A stretch of DNA of 59,061 nucleotides from Candidatus Saccharimonadia bacterium (lineage in GTDB: Bacteria; Patescibacteriota; Saccharimonadia; UBA4664). The stretch is taken from the NCBI GenBank assembly GCA_038251135.1, contig JBBSBR010000002.1:1-59061 (forward strand). Reading direction: 5' to 3'. Of this stretch, positions 1 through 9,157 are shown one piece after another. The translations under genes were made by a program, and so were the position numbers. Positions within the stretch are counted from its first letter, which is position 1; each line of letters begins with the position of its first letter. The notes under the pieces were generated by a model. That model ran no database searches. It saw only the letters and a program-made list of their open reading frames with translations, and had not been told where the DNA came from.

Positions 1-774
1 CGGTGCACCGTCAACGACGCCCGAGGTATTGATCTTGTAGTTGGCCGCCACTGAGTAGAGACCCTGCTGGCTGTCCTTGGCCCAGGCGATCCAGCCGCCC
101 TTGGCGTTGGTGGTGATGGAGAGGGTGCGGCCGCCGGTCGAGAGCACGGTGGCCGGGTCCAAGTTGGCCGGGAAGGTATCGGTGTTGCCCGAGAGCGTAA
201 GGACGAAAGTCGGTGGCACCACGGCCGAGACGGCTATTTGGTCGTCAGTTATGATGGCTGTTGCGTAATTGGTCTCATCAATAACTGCGGGCACGCTGGT
301 GCGGGTATGCATGGTACCGGTCAGCGAGTTGCCGGCCGAGCCGTTGGTGAGCGTATTGACTCCGCTGAAGTTGAAGCAGTACTGAGTTCCCACGGTGAGA
401 TCAGTCGAAGGAAAAGTAACGGTGTGGCCGGTGACCGCCGTGGCGGTAGCGATACCGGGCCAGGCGGTGGCGCCGGTGGGAAGATTAGTGGTGGTTACGG
501 TCCAGTTGGCGGCGGTGGAGTTCACCACGAAGTCGGTGCCGGTCTGAGTCGGGAAGGTTATCTCAAAGTCATTTTCGATGGCGGCGGTCGCCGGGGTTAC
601 ACAGATCGTACCTCCGGTGGGCGCCAGAGTCTTATGCCTGTCCAAACGCAAGAATGCCTGGCTGAACTGCGGAGGCGAAGCCCAAGCCACTTGAGTCATC
701 ACAACCGGAGCCATCAGCTCCATCAGGATCGCTATGATGCTCGGGAAGATTAATTTGGATTTGGTATTTCTCAT
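1..774 (-). CDS. Secreted Thr/Gly-rich surface protein (WxL-like?); 3' end cut by the window edge, N-terminal 258 aa present
   Basis: Not in the ORF track because it runs off the window. Hand translation of the minus strand from ATG at 774 (MRNTKSKLIFPSIIAILMELMAPVVMTQVAWASPP...) stays open to position 1 with no stop. It has an N-terminal signal peptide. PPTFVLTLSGNTDTFP and LSITTNAKGGWIAWAKD resemble WxL-type surface domains. The + ORFs 77..268 and 238..753 are Gly/Arg-rich antisense shadows. Confidence 0.6.
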   Translation of the reverse strand, partial: MRNTKSKLIFPSIIAILMELMAPVVMTQVAWASPPQFSQAFLRLDRHKTLAPTGGTICVTPATAAIENDFEITFPTQTGTDFVVNSTAANWTVTTTNLPTGATAWPGIATATAVTGHTVTFPSTDLTVGTQYCFNFSGVNTLTNGSAGNSLTGTMHTRTSVPAVIDETNYATAIITDDQIAVSAVVPPTFVLTLSGNTDTFPANLDPATVLSTGGRTLSITTNAKGGWIAWAKDSQQGLYSVAANYKINTSGVVDGAP

Positions 775-886
775 TTGCGAGACTTTTCTCTTGTTTTTAT
801 GAGCTTTTCGTTTCAATTGCCACCGCACGTTTGTTTTCAAATCAGCTTCTGTTGTGACTGCTGGTTATTTGAATATGCTTGTGCTT

Positions 887-915
887 ACTCTAGCGCACCG
901 GTATTGGCTTGTCAA
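887..915 (-). promoter_or_regulatory. Sigma70-type promoter for the 1..774 gene (TTGACA-17-TAGAGT)
   Basis: On the minus strand, TTGACA is at 915..910 and TAGAGT at 892..887, with a 17-nt spacer. It sits about 110 nt upstream of the ATG at 774. Confidence 0.45.
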
Positions 916-965
916 CATTATTTACAACATTGTGTTATCCACAACAAACACTGGAGTATTCGTAC

Positions 966-2021
966 CTAAAAGGCGATGGATTCGATGCAGGTAAGAGTCT
1001 CCGTGTAGTCGGTTGCGGCGGGGGTTAGGCTCTTTGATTTGGCCTTCAAAATGAAGGATCCCCGACCCGCGGTTAACGGCACAGGCGTACTGTAAATCTC
1101 CCGGATTGTCGGATCGGTTACCCCGACATTACCGCCCGTACCGTCATAGGGCGCCGTAACCGCCAGCGGCCCGCCGCTCACTTCGGTCGCACTCGAACTC
1201 TGGGCACCGAATCCTTCCGTGAGGGCAGTTATATCCCCCGTGATCGACGGGATCGTATAGGCTCCCGAGATACTCTTCAGTCCCGTATTTTGGCCGCTGA
1301 TGTAAACTTTGCCGCCTGACTCGCCGTTGGTATCGATGCTTACCCAGACTTTAACCGGCGAATCAACCACCGTTCCCGCGAGCAGACTCCCCATGCTGAC
1401 CAGGTACGGCGGATTGGTGGAAATGTCGGTTGCGGCAACATCTATATCAAATGTAACTGACGGATCGGCCGTTGTTGCCGTCGTAGTGGGGCCGTAGCCC
1501 GACTCGGTGTATTTGCCGCGGTAAGCAGTGGCTTTGGCTGTATATATTGTGGACGGCGCCAAACCGCGGACAAGTATTCCCGTTGCACCGCCCCACCCCG
1601 CATATGTCAGATAATTGCTGAAGCTTTGGGTATTGGTAATAGTGAAATCGTTCTTGACGTATTGTGTAGTCACGAAATTATCGCTGCTGATTGCTATGGA
1701 AAATAAGGCGTCGGCCGGATTATTCTGCTTATCTAGCACTAGTTCAAGCTTGTTGTAATAGGCCGCCGCATTAGTCAATGTCACCAGCGGAACATCGGAT
1801 TGCTTAGAGTAGGTCTCCCCTGCTCCAACCTTATAATTGGCGGATGAAGTGCTGCCAGCAGTGTCACCCGCAATCGCGTTGATACCATAATTGGCGCTCG
1901 TCGAATTGGCGGTACCGCCAGTCCCAAAACCGTACGAATTCAGCTGGTAACTGCCGCTGGCCGGCAACGCTGCCAAAAATAATGGCATAAATGCCACAGT
2001 AAGATACTTGAGCCAACTCAT
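966..2021 (-). CDS. Secreted surface protein, WxL-like C-terminal region (hypothetical)
   Basis: ORF 966..2030. I place the start at ATG 2021, which forms an ATGA overlap with the stop of the upstream gene (TGA 2020..2018). Signal peptide MSWLKYLTVAFMPLFLAALPASG. Thr/Gly/Ser-rich. VSIDTNGESGGKVYISG and the C-terminal YTETLTCIESIAF resemble WxL-domain motifs. Confidence 0.65.
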   Translation of the reverse strand: MSWLKYLTVAFMPLFLAALPASGSYQLNSYGFGTGGTANSTSANYGINAIAGDTAGSTSSANYKVGAGETYSKQSDVPLVTLTNAAAYYNKLELVLDKQNNPADALFSIAISSDNFVTTQYVKNDFTITNTQSFSNYLTYAGWGGATGILVRGLAPSTIYTAKATAYRGKYTESGYGPTTTATTADPSVTFDIDVAATDISTNPPYLVSMGSLLAGTVVDSPVKVWVSIDTNGESGGKVYISGQNTGLKSISGAYTIPSITGDITALTEGFGAQSSSATEVSGGPLAVTAPYDGTGGNVGVTDPTIREIYSTPVPLTAGRGSFILKAKSKSLTPAATDYTETLTCIESIAF

Positions 2022-2596
2022 TGGCGCCACCGAATCGTCGGTTGAATTGTCGCCATAATGGCTGTCACGTCGTCCTTGGGATTGGTGCTGGTGACAGCAA
2101 CTATTAGAAGTTTACCTTTGTGAAGCCAAAAAAGTGATTGTTCGGTGCGATCAATCTTGGTCATGAGCGATACGGACTCCTTACCGATCGAACTCCTAGT
2201 CTCGCGGTAAGTATCAGTACTGTTCATACGAAAGCGATAACTGGAATCCTCGGTCAAATTATTCGAGGGCAAAGGATGAACGCTAATGCCGATTGCGCGG
2301 CGGTAGTCGGAGTTTGAGCCTAGATTATACTGCTCCAGCGCATTGGAGTCATTATTTACATGCGACACCTGATCGAAAATTCCCGGATACGACATCTCAA
2401 TGTCGATACCCGAGAGTAGATTGGGCGAGACGGGCTTCGGGGTAACGCTTTTTTGGGCGGCAGCGAGGGTATTCGTAGTACCGACCGCTCCGTTCACGAA
2501 CCACAGCAGCACCACGATCGCCAAACCGAACCCCGTACCGATAAAAGCTAGGGTAAACATCCAGGCAAAAGTTTTTTTGCGGCTCATACCAAGCAT
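2018..2596 (-). CDS. N-terminally membrane-anchored hypothetical protein
   Basis: 192-aa ORF with one N-terminal TM helix (FAWMFTLAFIGTGFGLAIVVLLWFV). It lies 4 nt downstream of the preceding gene and is translationally coupled to the next. Confidence 0.6.
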   Translation of the reverse strand: MLGMSRKKTFAWMFTLAFIGTGFGLAIVVLLWFVNGAVGTTNTLAAAQKSVTPKPVSPNLLSGIDIEMSYPGIFDQVSHVNNDSNALEQYNLGSNSDYRRAIGISVHPLPSNNLTEDSSYRFRMNSTDTYRETRSSIGKESVSLMTKIDRTEQSLFWLHKGKLLIVAVTSTNPKDDVTAIMATIQPTIRWRQ

Positions 2597-2600
2597 GATT

Positions 2601-3551
2601 TTACGCTAATGCCTCCATTTGTCGGTCCATAATCCCCTTCTCGCGGCGCTCCCCGAGCCAGAACGAGACGATCATTAGCAAGAGCACAATCCAGAGCGGC
2701 CAGATAATCATGAGACGATTGAGAGTCGACGGCGTTGCGGCTGCGCCGGCCGCCGCGTTGCCGGTTGATTGATTAATAATCGAGGTTAACTGCAAGTACG
2801 CCGTGTGCCCGGCCGTATCAGTCGCGCGGATAATGAGCGGGTACGACCCCAGGTAGCCACCGACTTTCTTGTATGTATGCTTGAGCGTAAAGGGTCCCGG
2901 AGCGGTACGCGTAATGAGATCGCTCGTACCATCGCCCCAGTCGAAGTTCACGGCATAGGGACCGAGACCGCCGACCAGTTCGACGGGCCAAGTCAGCTCT
3001 TCCCCCGGCTGAGCGCCCCGGTAGTAACTCGTGGATTGGATAATCAGTTCGGTTGAGAAACCGATGCCACCTGGCGGAACATTGAGCGTGACCGTGACCG
3101 GCGGCGAATCGGGTCCGGGCTGGTCGTTAGCATTATAAGCAATGGCCGTTAAGTCGTTCTTGCCGATCAGTAAATCAATCGGAATCGTAAACCGCCCGCT
3201 GGCTTGACAAAGCGTACTGCCGGCCAGAATACCATTTTTGTAAATTTTCACCAGTGTTTTAGCCGGACAGGCACCCTCGACGGTGATCGGATTAACCTGA
3301 AAAGTTTGGCCCGTGGTCGGCGAAGTTATACGCGCCGGCTGGCTTGGCGGTTGGCCGGATACGACCGCTTCAACTTTATAGGAAGCAGAACCGCTAGTAG
3401 CCGCATCGGCCTGAAAACTCCAGGCAGCCAATGCCCCGCCAAAAACCAACGTCAAAAAGACCAAGAGGGCATAAGATGTCTCTCGGTGCGGGCGTAGTCG
3501 GCCCGTATGCTTATAGTGGCTATGCTTCGGCAACACACGCATCGTACTCAT
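2601..3551 (-). CDS. PKD-domain surface protein with N-terminal signal anchor and C-terminal TM anchor
   Basis: 316-aa ORF. PKD-like motif FDWGDGTSDL...HTYKKVGGY...IIRATDTAGHTA. N-terminal TM (ALLVFLTLVFGGALAAW) and C-terminal TM (LMIIWPLWIVLLLMIVSFWL) followed by a basic tail. Confidence 0.7.
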   Translation of the reverse strand: MSTMRVLPKHSHYKHTGRLRPHRETSYALLVFLTLVFGGALAAWSFQADAATSGSASYKVEAVVSGQPPSQPARITSPTTGQTFQVNPITVEGACPAKTLVKIYKNGILAGSTLCQASGRFTIPIDLLIGKNDLTAIAYNANDQPGPDSPPVTVTLNVPPGGIGFSTELIIQSTSYYRGAQPGEELTWPVELVGGLGPYAVNFDWGDGTSDLITRTAPGPFTLKHTYKKVGGYLGSYPLIIRATDTAGHTAYLQLTSIINQSTGNAAAGAAATPSTLNRLMIIWPLWIVLLLMIVSFWLGERREKGIMDRQMEALA

Positions 3552-3632
3552 ATACTAACATAAACGTAAGCGTAATTTGCGGGGGTTAAACATTAACAGT
3601 ATGATTAGTGAACGAATGAGTGAGCACGCGTA

Positions 3633-4748
3633 ATGGCAGATGACGAAACAAAATCAGTACCCGAAGCGGAAACACCCAGTGAAAGCGGTGCTAGTACCTC
3701 GCTGGCGCCCACCGAAGTAGTCGAGGCGGATGCCGGCGGACCGCCACCCGGAGCCGATGATGGCGGACCTTCACTCGCCGCCGAACCGCTGTCCGACGGC
3801 ACCGTTCCGACCGTGCTCTCGAAAGGTACTTCAGCCGAACACGGCCAGGCGCCACACGGGCTACGTTCCCTCGGATCGGTCTACCGCCGAGCCGACATTA
3901 CCTCAACGCTGCTTACTTTTGTCGCCACCGTCATTGCCTCCGCTCTGATCGTCGGCGCTTACTTCTATTTTACACAAAATAAGAAAACTGCCGCCCCCAA
4001 GGTGACGACCCTCGACCAAGCTGAGGTCAATAAGCTCAGCGGCTTCCTCACGGGGAGCGATACCGGCGTAACGTCGGAGGTCCTAACTGTTAGCTCATCC
4101 TCGCTGTTCAAGAATCGGGTGGCCATATCGAGCGACCTCAAAGTCACGGGCGGACTCGAAGTCGACGGGCCGACTTCGTTGGGCGATTTGGCCGTTAGTA
4201 AAACCTCAACTCTGGGTATCACCAACATCCGCGGAAACCTCAACGTAACCGGGCCGACGGTCCTCCAGGGTCCGGCACTCTTAAACGGCGGCGCCAGTAT
4301 CAGCGGTAATCTTAGCGCCACCGGCAACGCCAGCTTCGGCGGCTCGATATCCGCCGGACTCATTAATGTTCGTGATCTCGGAGTTTCCGGCACGCTCAAC
4401 CTCAGCGGGCACCTAGCCGTCACCGGATCCAGTCCCTCGGCCTCCCCGGCGAGCGAAGCCGGTACGGGTGCCACGGCGAGCGTCGACGGCAACGATACCG
4501 CCGGCACTGTGACGATTAACACCGGCGTCCTGACGCCCACCGTCGTCAACAACGGCGGGCTACTCGTCACGGTTACCTTTCACACGCCATATGCCAAAGT
4601 GCCCCACGTCTTGATAACACCGGTCGGAAGTTACACCGGCAATCTGCCTTTCTATATTCTCAAGACGGCAACCGGCTTCACAATCGGCCAGAATCTAAAT
4701 GCCCACAACAACACCTCGTACTCATTTGATTATTGGGTTGTGCAATAA
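3633..4748 (+). CDS. Membrane-anchored protein with an acidic N-terminus and an extracellular beta-helix-like Gly/Ser/Thr/Asn repeat region
   Basis: 371-aa ORF. Low-complexity acidic/Pro N-terminus, one TM (LLTFVATVIASALIVGAYFYF), then repeated short units (LKVTGGLEVDG, NIRGNLNVTG, ASISGNLSATGNASFGG, LGVSGTLNLSGHLAVTG). The minus-strand ORF 3965..4570 is an antisense shadow. Confidence 0.65.
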   Translation: MADDETKSVPEAETPSESGASTSLAPTEVVEADAGGPPPGADDGGPSLAAEPLSDGTVPTVLSKGTSAEHGQAPHGLRSLGSVYRRADITSTLLTFVATVIASALIVGAYFYFTQNKKTAAPKVTTLDQAEVNKLSGFLTGSDTGVTSEVLTVSSSSLFKNRVAISSDLKVTGGLEVDGPTSLGDLAVSKTSTLGITNIRGNLNVTGPTVLQGPALLNGGASISGNLSATGNASFGGSISAGLINVRDLGVSGTLNLSGHLAVTGSSPSASPASEAGTGATASVDGNDTAGTVTINTGVLTPTVVNNGGLLVTVTFHTPYAKVPHVLITPVGSYTGNLPFYILKTATGFTIGQNLNAHNNTSYSFDYWVVQ

Positions 4749-4750
4749 CC

Positions 4751-4776
4751 AAAAATCGCTCATTTGAGCGATTTTT
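4751..4776. terminator. Bidirectional intrinsic terminator between convergent genes
   Basis: AAAAATCGCTCA-TT-TGAGCGATTTTT: a perfect 12-bp stem flanked by A/T runs on both sides. Confidence 0.75.
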
Positions 4777-4784
4777 GAGGATCC

Positions 4785-5084
4785 TTAGCCGATCTTGGCG
4801 ATCTTGATCTGCGAGTAATGCTGGCGGTGACCGGTCAGGCGCTTAATACGCTTTTTGGCTTTGAAACGCATAATCTTGAGTTTCTCGCCTTTGACCTCCT
4901 CCACCACGTCCGCGTAAACCTTGACGCCCGTAACGTGAGGCGTACCCACCTGCGTCTTCTCGCCGTCAATCACGAGCAGGGCGTCGAACTCAACCTTCTT
5001 GGCATCTCCAAGGAGCTCAACTTCGAGAACCTGGTCTTTCTTCACGAGATATTGCTTCCCGCCGGCAACGATAACTGCTTGCAT
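4785..5084 (-). CDS. rplU: 50S ribosomal protein L21
   Basis: 99-aa ORF MQAVIVAGGKQYLVKKDQVLEVE...GHRQHYSQIKI, a typical L21. AAGGAG Shine-Dalgarno upstream. Confidence 0.95.
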   Translation of the reverse strand: MQAVIVAGGKQYLVKKDQVLEVELLGDAKKVEFDALLVIDGEKTQVGTPHVTGVKVYADVVEEVKGEKLKIMRFKAKKRIKRLTGHRQHYSQIKIAKIG

Positions 5085-5179
5085 AATGTTTTAGCTCCTT
5101 GTAGGCCTGGGTCTAGCAGGCGTGCTATTTATAGTTTGCGTAACCTACGGAAGATACCAGATATACGCTCAAAAGTAAA

Positions 5180-5201
5180 GGCCCCAGGGTTACCTGGGGC
5201 C
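5180..5201 (-). terminator. Intrinsic terminator hairpin overlapping the stop of the 5190..5729 gene
   Basis: GGCCCCAGG-GTTA-CCTGGGGCC. On the minus strand it is followed by TTTACTTTT, and the stop codon TAA lies in the loop. Confidence 0.55.
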
Positions 5202-5729
5202 GGTTGCGGATCCAGCCAGTCGGCGGGATTCTCGGGCACGAAAGGCGGGCACGAACTCAAGGATGAAGTGCAGGGATCCTTGCTCAATCTTGGGGAGGGC
5301 AACCAAGTTACGGTCGAACCGGTGCCGGTTTTTCATGAGCCGCTCCAGCGACGCGATCGACAGCCACCCGTCGCGGATCACCAGCGCCGCGAAGTACCCG
5401 TCCAGAGTACCGGTCTGAGCCGCATCTAGCAGGGCATTGGAAAATACCCGGGTGAAGATCGGCGGATAAAAACCCATCTCCCGAATCTGCGCCGTGCTCA
5501 TATTTAGGTCGAGCCACAAGTCGGGCTCGTCGTCGACGGCGGGCGCCGTCCCGCTCTGCTTGAGCAGGATATGCAGAACCGTCAGTCGAAGCATGAGATT
5601 GTCCCAGGTGTCGCCGCCGCAAGCGATTTGTTTCGCTTTCAGCCGATTGATCCTACCGATCTCATCCTGCAGCATCTCTGGCGAATATTCGGTGTAAAGA
5701 TCCGGGCTTGCGAGTTGGATTACCGCCAT
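5190..5729 (-). CDS. Hypothetical protein
   Basis: ORF 5190..5774. I moved the start to ATG 5729, preceded by GGGGTGA about 5 nt upstream. No family recognised. Confidence 0.5.
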   Translation of the reverse strand: MAVIQLASPDLYTEYSPEMLQDEIGRINRLKAKQIACGGDTWDNLMLRLTVLHILLKQSGTAPAVDDEPDLWLDLNMSTAQIREMGFYPPIFTRVFSNALLDAAQTGTLDGYFAALVIRDGWLSIASLERLMKNRHRFDRNLVALPKIEQGSLHFILEFVPAFRARESRRLAGSATGPR

Positions 5730-5806
5730 GATATCACCCCATTTTGGAGTAGAAGGTACGATGAACGTGCTCAATTACATCATAGTTTGATTATTAATTC
5801 AATAGT

Positions 5807-6922
5807 TTAGCCCTCAAATTGAAGCTTTTTGCGGCGCACCGCGATACTTTCCAGCAAACCCAGCCCGGCCATGGCAATAATGAGCGAAGTTCCACCATAG
5901 CTTACAAACGGCAATGGGATACCCGTAACCGGTGCGATGCCGATGTTCATACCGATATTAATAAAGAAGTGGAAAAATAGCATGGCGACGACGCCGGTTG
6001 CCACGAACATTCCGAAGCGATCCTGGGCGCGATAAGCGATCAGTATCCCCCGCCACAATAATGCCAAAAACAGCAATATCAGCAGGCCCGCTCCCACAAA
6101 TCCCATCTTCTCAGCCAGAACCGCAAAGATAAAATCGGTGTGTTGAGCCAGCGACGGCAGAAAGTTGAGCTGGGTTTGCGATCCGGCCGCCAGTCCCCGC
6201 CCGAACATCTGCCCCGATCCCACGGTGATCGTCGATTGCACCACGTTGTATCCGGTGTGCAGCGGGTCGGCGGACGGGTTTAAGAAGTTGTCGAGGCGTG
6301 CCTTCTGAAACGGCTTGAGCAATGAATAACCAAGTGGTGCGGCCAAAGCCAACCCACCGGCCAGCACCAAAAAATAAGCCTTGCGCAGCCTTGAAACGAG
6401 CGCCATGGCCAGCCAGATCACCGCCAGCACCATGGCACTGCCAAGGTCGGGCTGCTTAAACACCAGCACCAAGGGTACGGCCAAATATGCCAGCGAGATC
6501 AAAAAGAACTTGGGATGCTCAAGCTGGTCGTAGTTATCGGCAAACAGCTTGGCCAGAACGATAATCAGCGCCAGCTTCATAAACTCAGCCGGTTGGATCT
6601 GAAAATAACCCAGATCAATCCAGCGTTTGGCGCCCAGGACCGTATGGGCAAAAATCAAGACGAAGACCAAAGCGGCAACCCCGCCGCCGTAAAGCCAGTT
6701 CGACAGCCTGCCCCAAATACGATAATCAAAACGGGCCAGAAAAAAGAAGGCGACGATGCCAATCCCGGCAAAGACCAGCTGATGCCACATCTCGCTGGCG
6801 CTCGCCAGCCCCGTGGCCTTAAAGGTCGTTGAATATATGACTAGAATGCCTATGGCGACCAGCGAAAGCATAATGCCAAAGACTATCCAATCAAAGTTCT
6901 TCCGAAACCGACTGCTAAACAC
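5807..6922 (-). CDS. SEDS-family peptidoglycan polymerase (FtsW/RodA)
   Basis: 371 aa, multi-TM. C-terminal TGIPLPFVSYGGTSLI motif typical of FtsW/RodA. GTG start. Confidence 0.9.
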   Translation of the reverse strand: MFSSRFRKNFDWIVFGIMLSLVAIGILVIYSTTFKATGLASASEMWHQLVFAGIGIVAFFFLARFDYRIWGRLSNWLYGGGVAALVFVLIFAHTVLGAKRWIDLGYFQIQPAEFMKLALIIVLAKLFADNYDQLEHPKFFLISLAYLAVPLVLVFKQPDLGSAMVLAVIWLAMALVSRLRKAYFLVLAGGLALAAPLGYSLLKPFQKARLDNFLNPSADPLHTGYNVVQSTITVGSGQMFGRGLAAGSQTQLNFLPSLAQHTDFIFAVLAEKMGFVGAGLLILLFLALLWRGILIAYRAQDRFGMFVATGVVAMLFFHFFINIGMNIGIAPVTGIPLPFVSYGGTSLIIAMAGLGLLESIAVRRKKLQFEG

Positions 6923-7025
6923 CCATCACCGTTTGTTACTAACGATCATCTTAGCTGATTCCGGCGCTCATGTGGAGTCTCTTATAAATTAACGGAGCGG
7001 CCGGTTCTGGGGTATAATAACGCTA

Positions 7026-7994
7026 TTGATTGATTACTCCCTACTACCGCTTATGGATGTGCTTGAGGCTCCAAAACCGTATATTTCACCGCTCGTCATC
7101 GACGGGATGCATGGCCGGATGCTTGATCTGCCCGCCAAGGCCGGCAACGGCAGGCCGATTTTGGCTCTCTACGGCCACCATGCATCGATCGAGCGGATAT
7201 TCGGCCTGTCCCAGGCTCTAAACGATTACGGGCGGGTGATTATGCCCGACCTGCCCGGCTTCGGCGGCATGGACAGCCTCTACTCGATCGGCCGCCAGGG
7301 CACGCTCGATGAGTATGCCGATTATTTGGCGATTTTCGTCCGCGAGAAGATGCCCGACGGTCGCTTCGCAATATCGGCCATGAGTTTTGGGTTCCTGGTG
7401 GCCGCCCGTATGCTCCAGCGCCACCCCGAACTGGTCGAACGCATCGATATGTTCATCAGCATGGTGGGCTTCAGTAAGGCCGATGACTTTAAGTTCAGCC
7501 CGCGCCGTCTCGGGTTCTATCGTCGTCTGATGCGGATCGCCAGCCGACGAACGCCGGCGTGGGTCATTAAGCATACCGTCCTGGCCCCGGCAGCCTTACG
7601 TTTCTGGTATCCTCGGCTCAACCGCCGTAGCGCCAAGCTTCATGACGCAACAGGTGCGGAATTCGCACGGCGCCTCGAATTCGAGCTCCTGCTGTGGAGG
7701 ATCAATGACGTCCGAACCCACCTGGGTACCTACGCCATCATGTTTAGCGTGGATCTGACCCATGAAAAACTCCCCCTCCCCCTAATCCATATCGAAACGC
7801 CCGACGATCAATACTTCAAAGTAGAGACCGTACGCCGCCACTTAAGACTAATCTTTACCGAGGTGTTGGTGGCGGCTTCCGACATGAAGAATCATGCGCC
7901 GAGTATCCTCGGCGACAAAGCCGAAGCCTATGCCATGATCCCCCGATCAATCCATGAACTGCTGGCCGAACGGGCGAAGGAGATCAGGTTATGA
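7026..7994 (+). CDS. Alpha/beta-fold hydrolase
   Basis: 322 aa. HG-type oxyanion region (LALYGHHAS) and a nucleophile-elbow-like AMSFG. The stop overlaps the next gene's ATG (ATGA). Confidence 0.6.
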   Translation: MIDYSLLPLMDVLEAPKPYISPLVIDGMHGRMLDLPAKAGNGRPILALYGHHASIERIFGLSQALNDYGRVIMPDLPGFGGMDSLYSIGRQGTLDEYADYLAIFVREKMPDGRFAISAMSFGFLVAARMLQRHPELVERIDMFISMVGFSKADDFKFSPRRLGFYRRLMRIASRRTPAWVIKHTVLAPAALRFWYPRLNRRSAKLHDATGAEFARRLEFELLLWRINDVRTHLGTYAIMFSVDLTHEKLPLPLIHIETPDDQYFKVETVRRHLRLIFTEVLVAASDMKNHAPSILGDKAEAYAMIPRSIHELLAERAKEIRL

Positions 7995-9151
7995 AGATCG
8001 GGCTAGTCTGTCCCTACAATATGTTTGAATACGCCGGAGGCGTGCAGGAGGTGGTGCTCCACCTGAGCCATGGACTTCGCGAGCGCGGCCATGACGTGCG
8101 AATCATCACGCCGCGCCCAAACAACAACCACAACGGCGACCATGCCGCCGCGGTCGAAACGTCCGACGATCAAATGATCCTGCTCGGCCAATCTCGCAAG
8201 ATGAATACGCCGTTTGCGACCATGGTCGACTTTGGTTTCGAGGCCGAGGGCCGTGAAATTGACGCCATGCTTGAGCGCGAGAATTTCGACCTCATCCACT
8301 TTCACGAACCATGGGTACCCTTCCTCTCGCGCCAAATCATCAACCGCTCCAGCGCCGTTCATGTGGCGACCTTTCACGCCAAGCTTCCCGAAACGATGAC
8401 GGGCAAATCAATCATGAGCGTCGTTTCTCCCTATACCAAGTCTTTCTTGAAAGATCTTGACGCTCTGACCGCGGTTTCAAAAGCCGCCGCCGAGTATATC
8501 CGTTCAATTACGACCGATCCGATTGTGATCGTGCCGAACGGAATCGATCTCACCCGGTACCGCACCTCGCCGCATCCGTCGATGGCCGAACGCCGCATGA
8601 AGACGATTGCCTATGTGGGCCGGTTGGAATCCCGCAAAGGCGTTGAGTGGCTCATTCGGGCTTTTGCCGAGCTCCAGACCAGGCGGCGCGACGTGGAGCT
8701 GGTGATTGCCGGCCGCGGCGTCAAGCTGAGAACCCTCGTACGGCTCGCCGAAAGCCTGAAGGTCACCAATATCTCCTTCCCCGGTTTTATCGACGATGCG
8801 GCCAAACTCAAGCTCATCGCCGACGCCGATATCTTTTCCAGTCCGGCGCTGTTCGGTGAAAGCTTCGGCATCGTCCTGCTGGAAGCCATGGCTCTCGGCA
8901 CGCCTGTCGTGGCCGGCAACAACTCCGGCTATGCCAGCGTGCTCACCGGCACCGGACGCCTAAGCCTCGTTGATCCGCGTAAAACCACCGATTACGCCGA
9001 CCGGCTCGACCTCCTCCTCGATGATGATCGTCTGCGCGCCGCCTGGCAGGACTGGGCCGCGGCCGAAATTGGACGGTACGCCTACCCGCACATTGTCGAT
9101 CAATATTTGAAAATTTATGAGTCGGCCTTGGCCCAAGAGCGAAACGAGTAA
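7991..9151 (+). CDS. GT4-family glycosyltransferase
   Basis: 386 aa. Has the GT-B group-1 signature FGESFGIVLLEAMALGTPVVA (EX7E). Confidence 0.85.
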   Translation: MKIGLVCPYNMFEYAGGVQEVVLHLSHGLRERGHDVRIITPRPNNNHNGDHAAAVETSDDQMILLGQSRKMNTPFATMVDFGFEAEGREIDAMLERENFDLIHFHEPWVPFLSRQIINRSSAVHVATFHAKLPETMTGKSIMSVVSPYTKSFLKDLDALTAVSKAAAEYIRSITTDPIVIVPNGIDLTRYRTSPHPSMAERRMKTIAYVGRLESRKGVEWLIRAFAELQTRRRDVELVIAGRGVKLRTLVRLAESLKVTNISFPGFIDDAAKLKLIADADIFSSPALFGESFGIVLLEAMALGTPVVAGNNSGYASVLTGTGRLSLVDPRKTTDYADRLDLLLDDDRLRAAWQDWAAAEIGRYAYPHIVDQYLKIYESALAQERNE

Positions 9152-9157
9152 TACCGG

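Noticed and set aside
238-753. 171-aa + strand ORF (also 77..268) at the window start.
   Set aside because: It has a Gly/Arg-rich, low-complexity composition. It lies exactly antisense to a clean minus-strand reading frame that has a signal peptide and is open from 774 to the window edge. I treat it as a shadow ORF.
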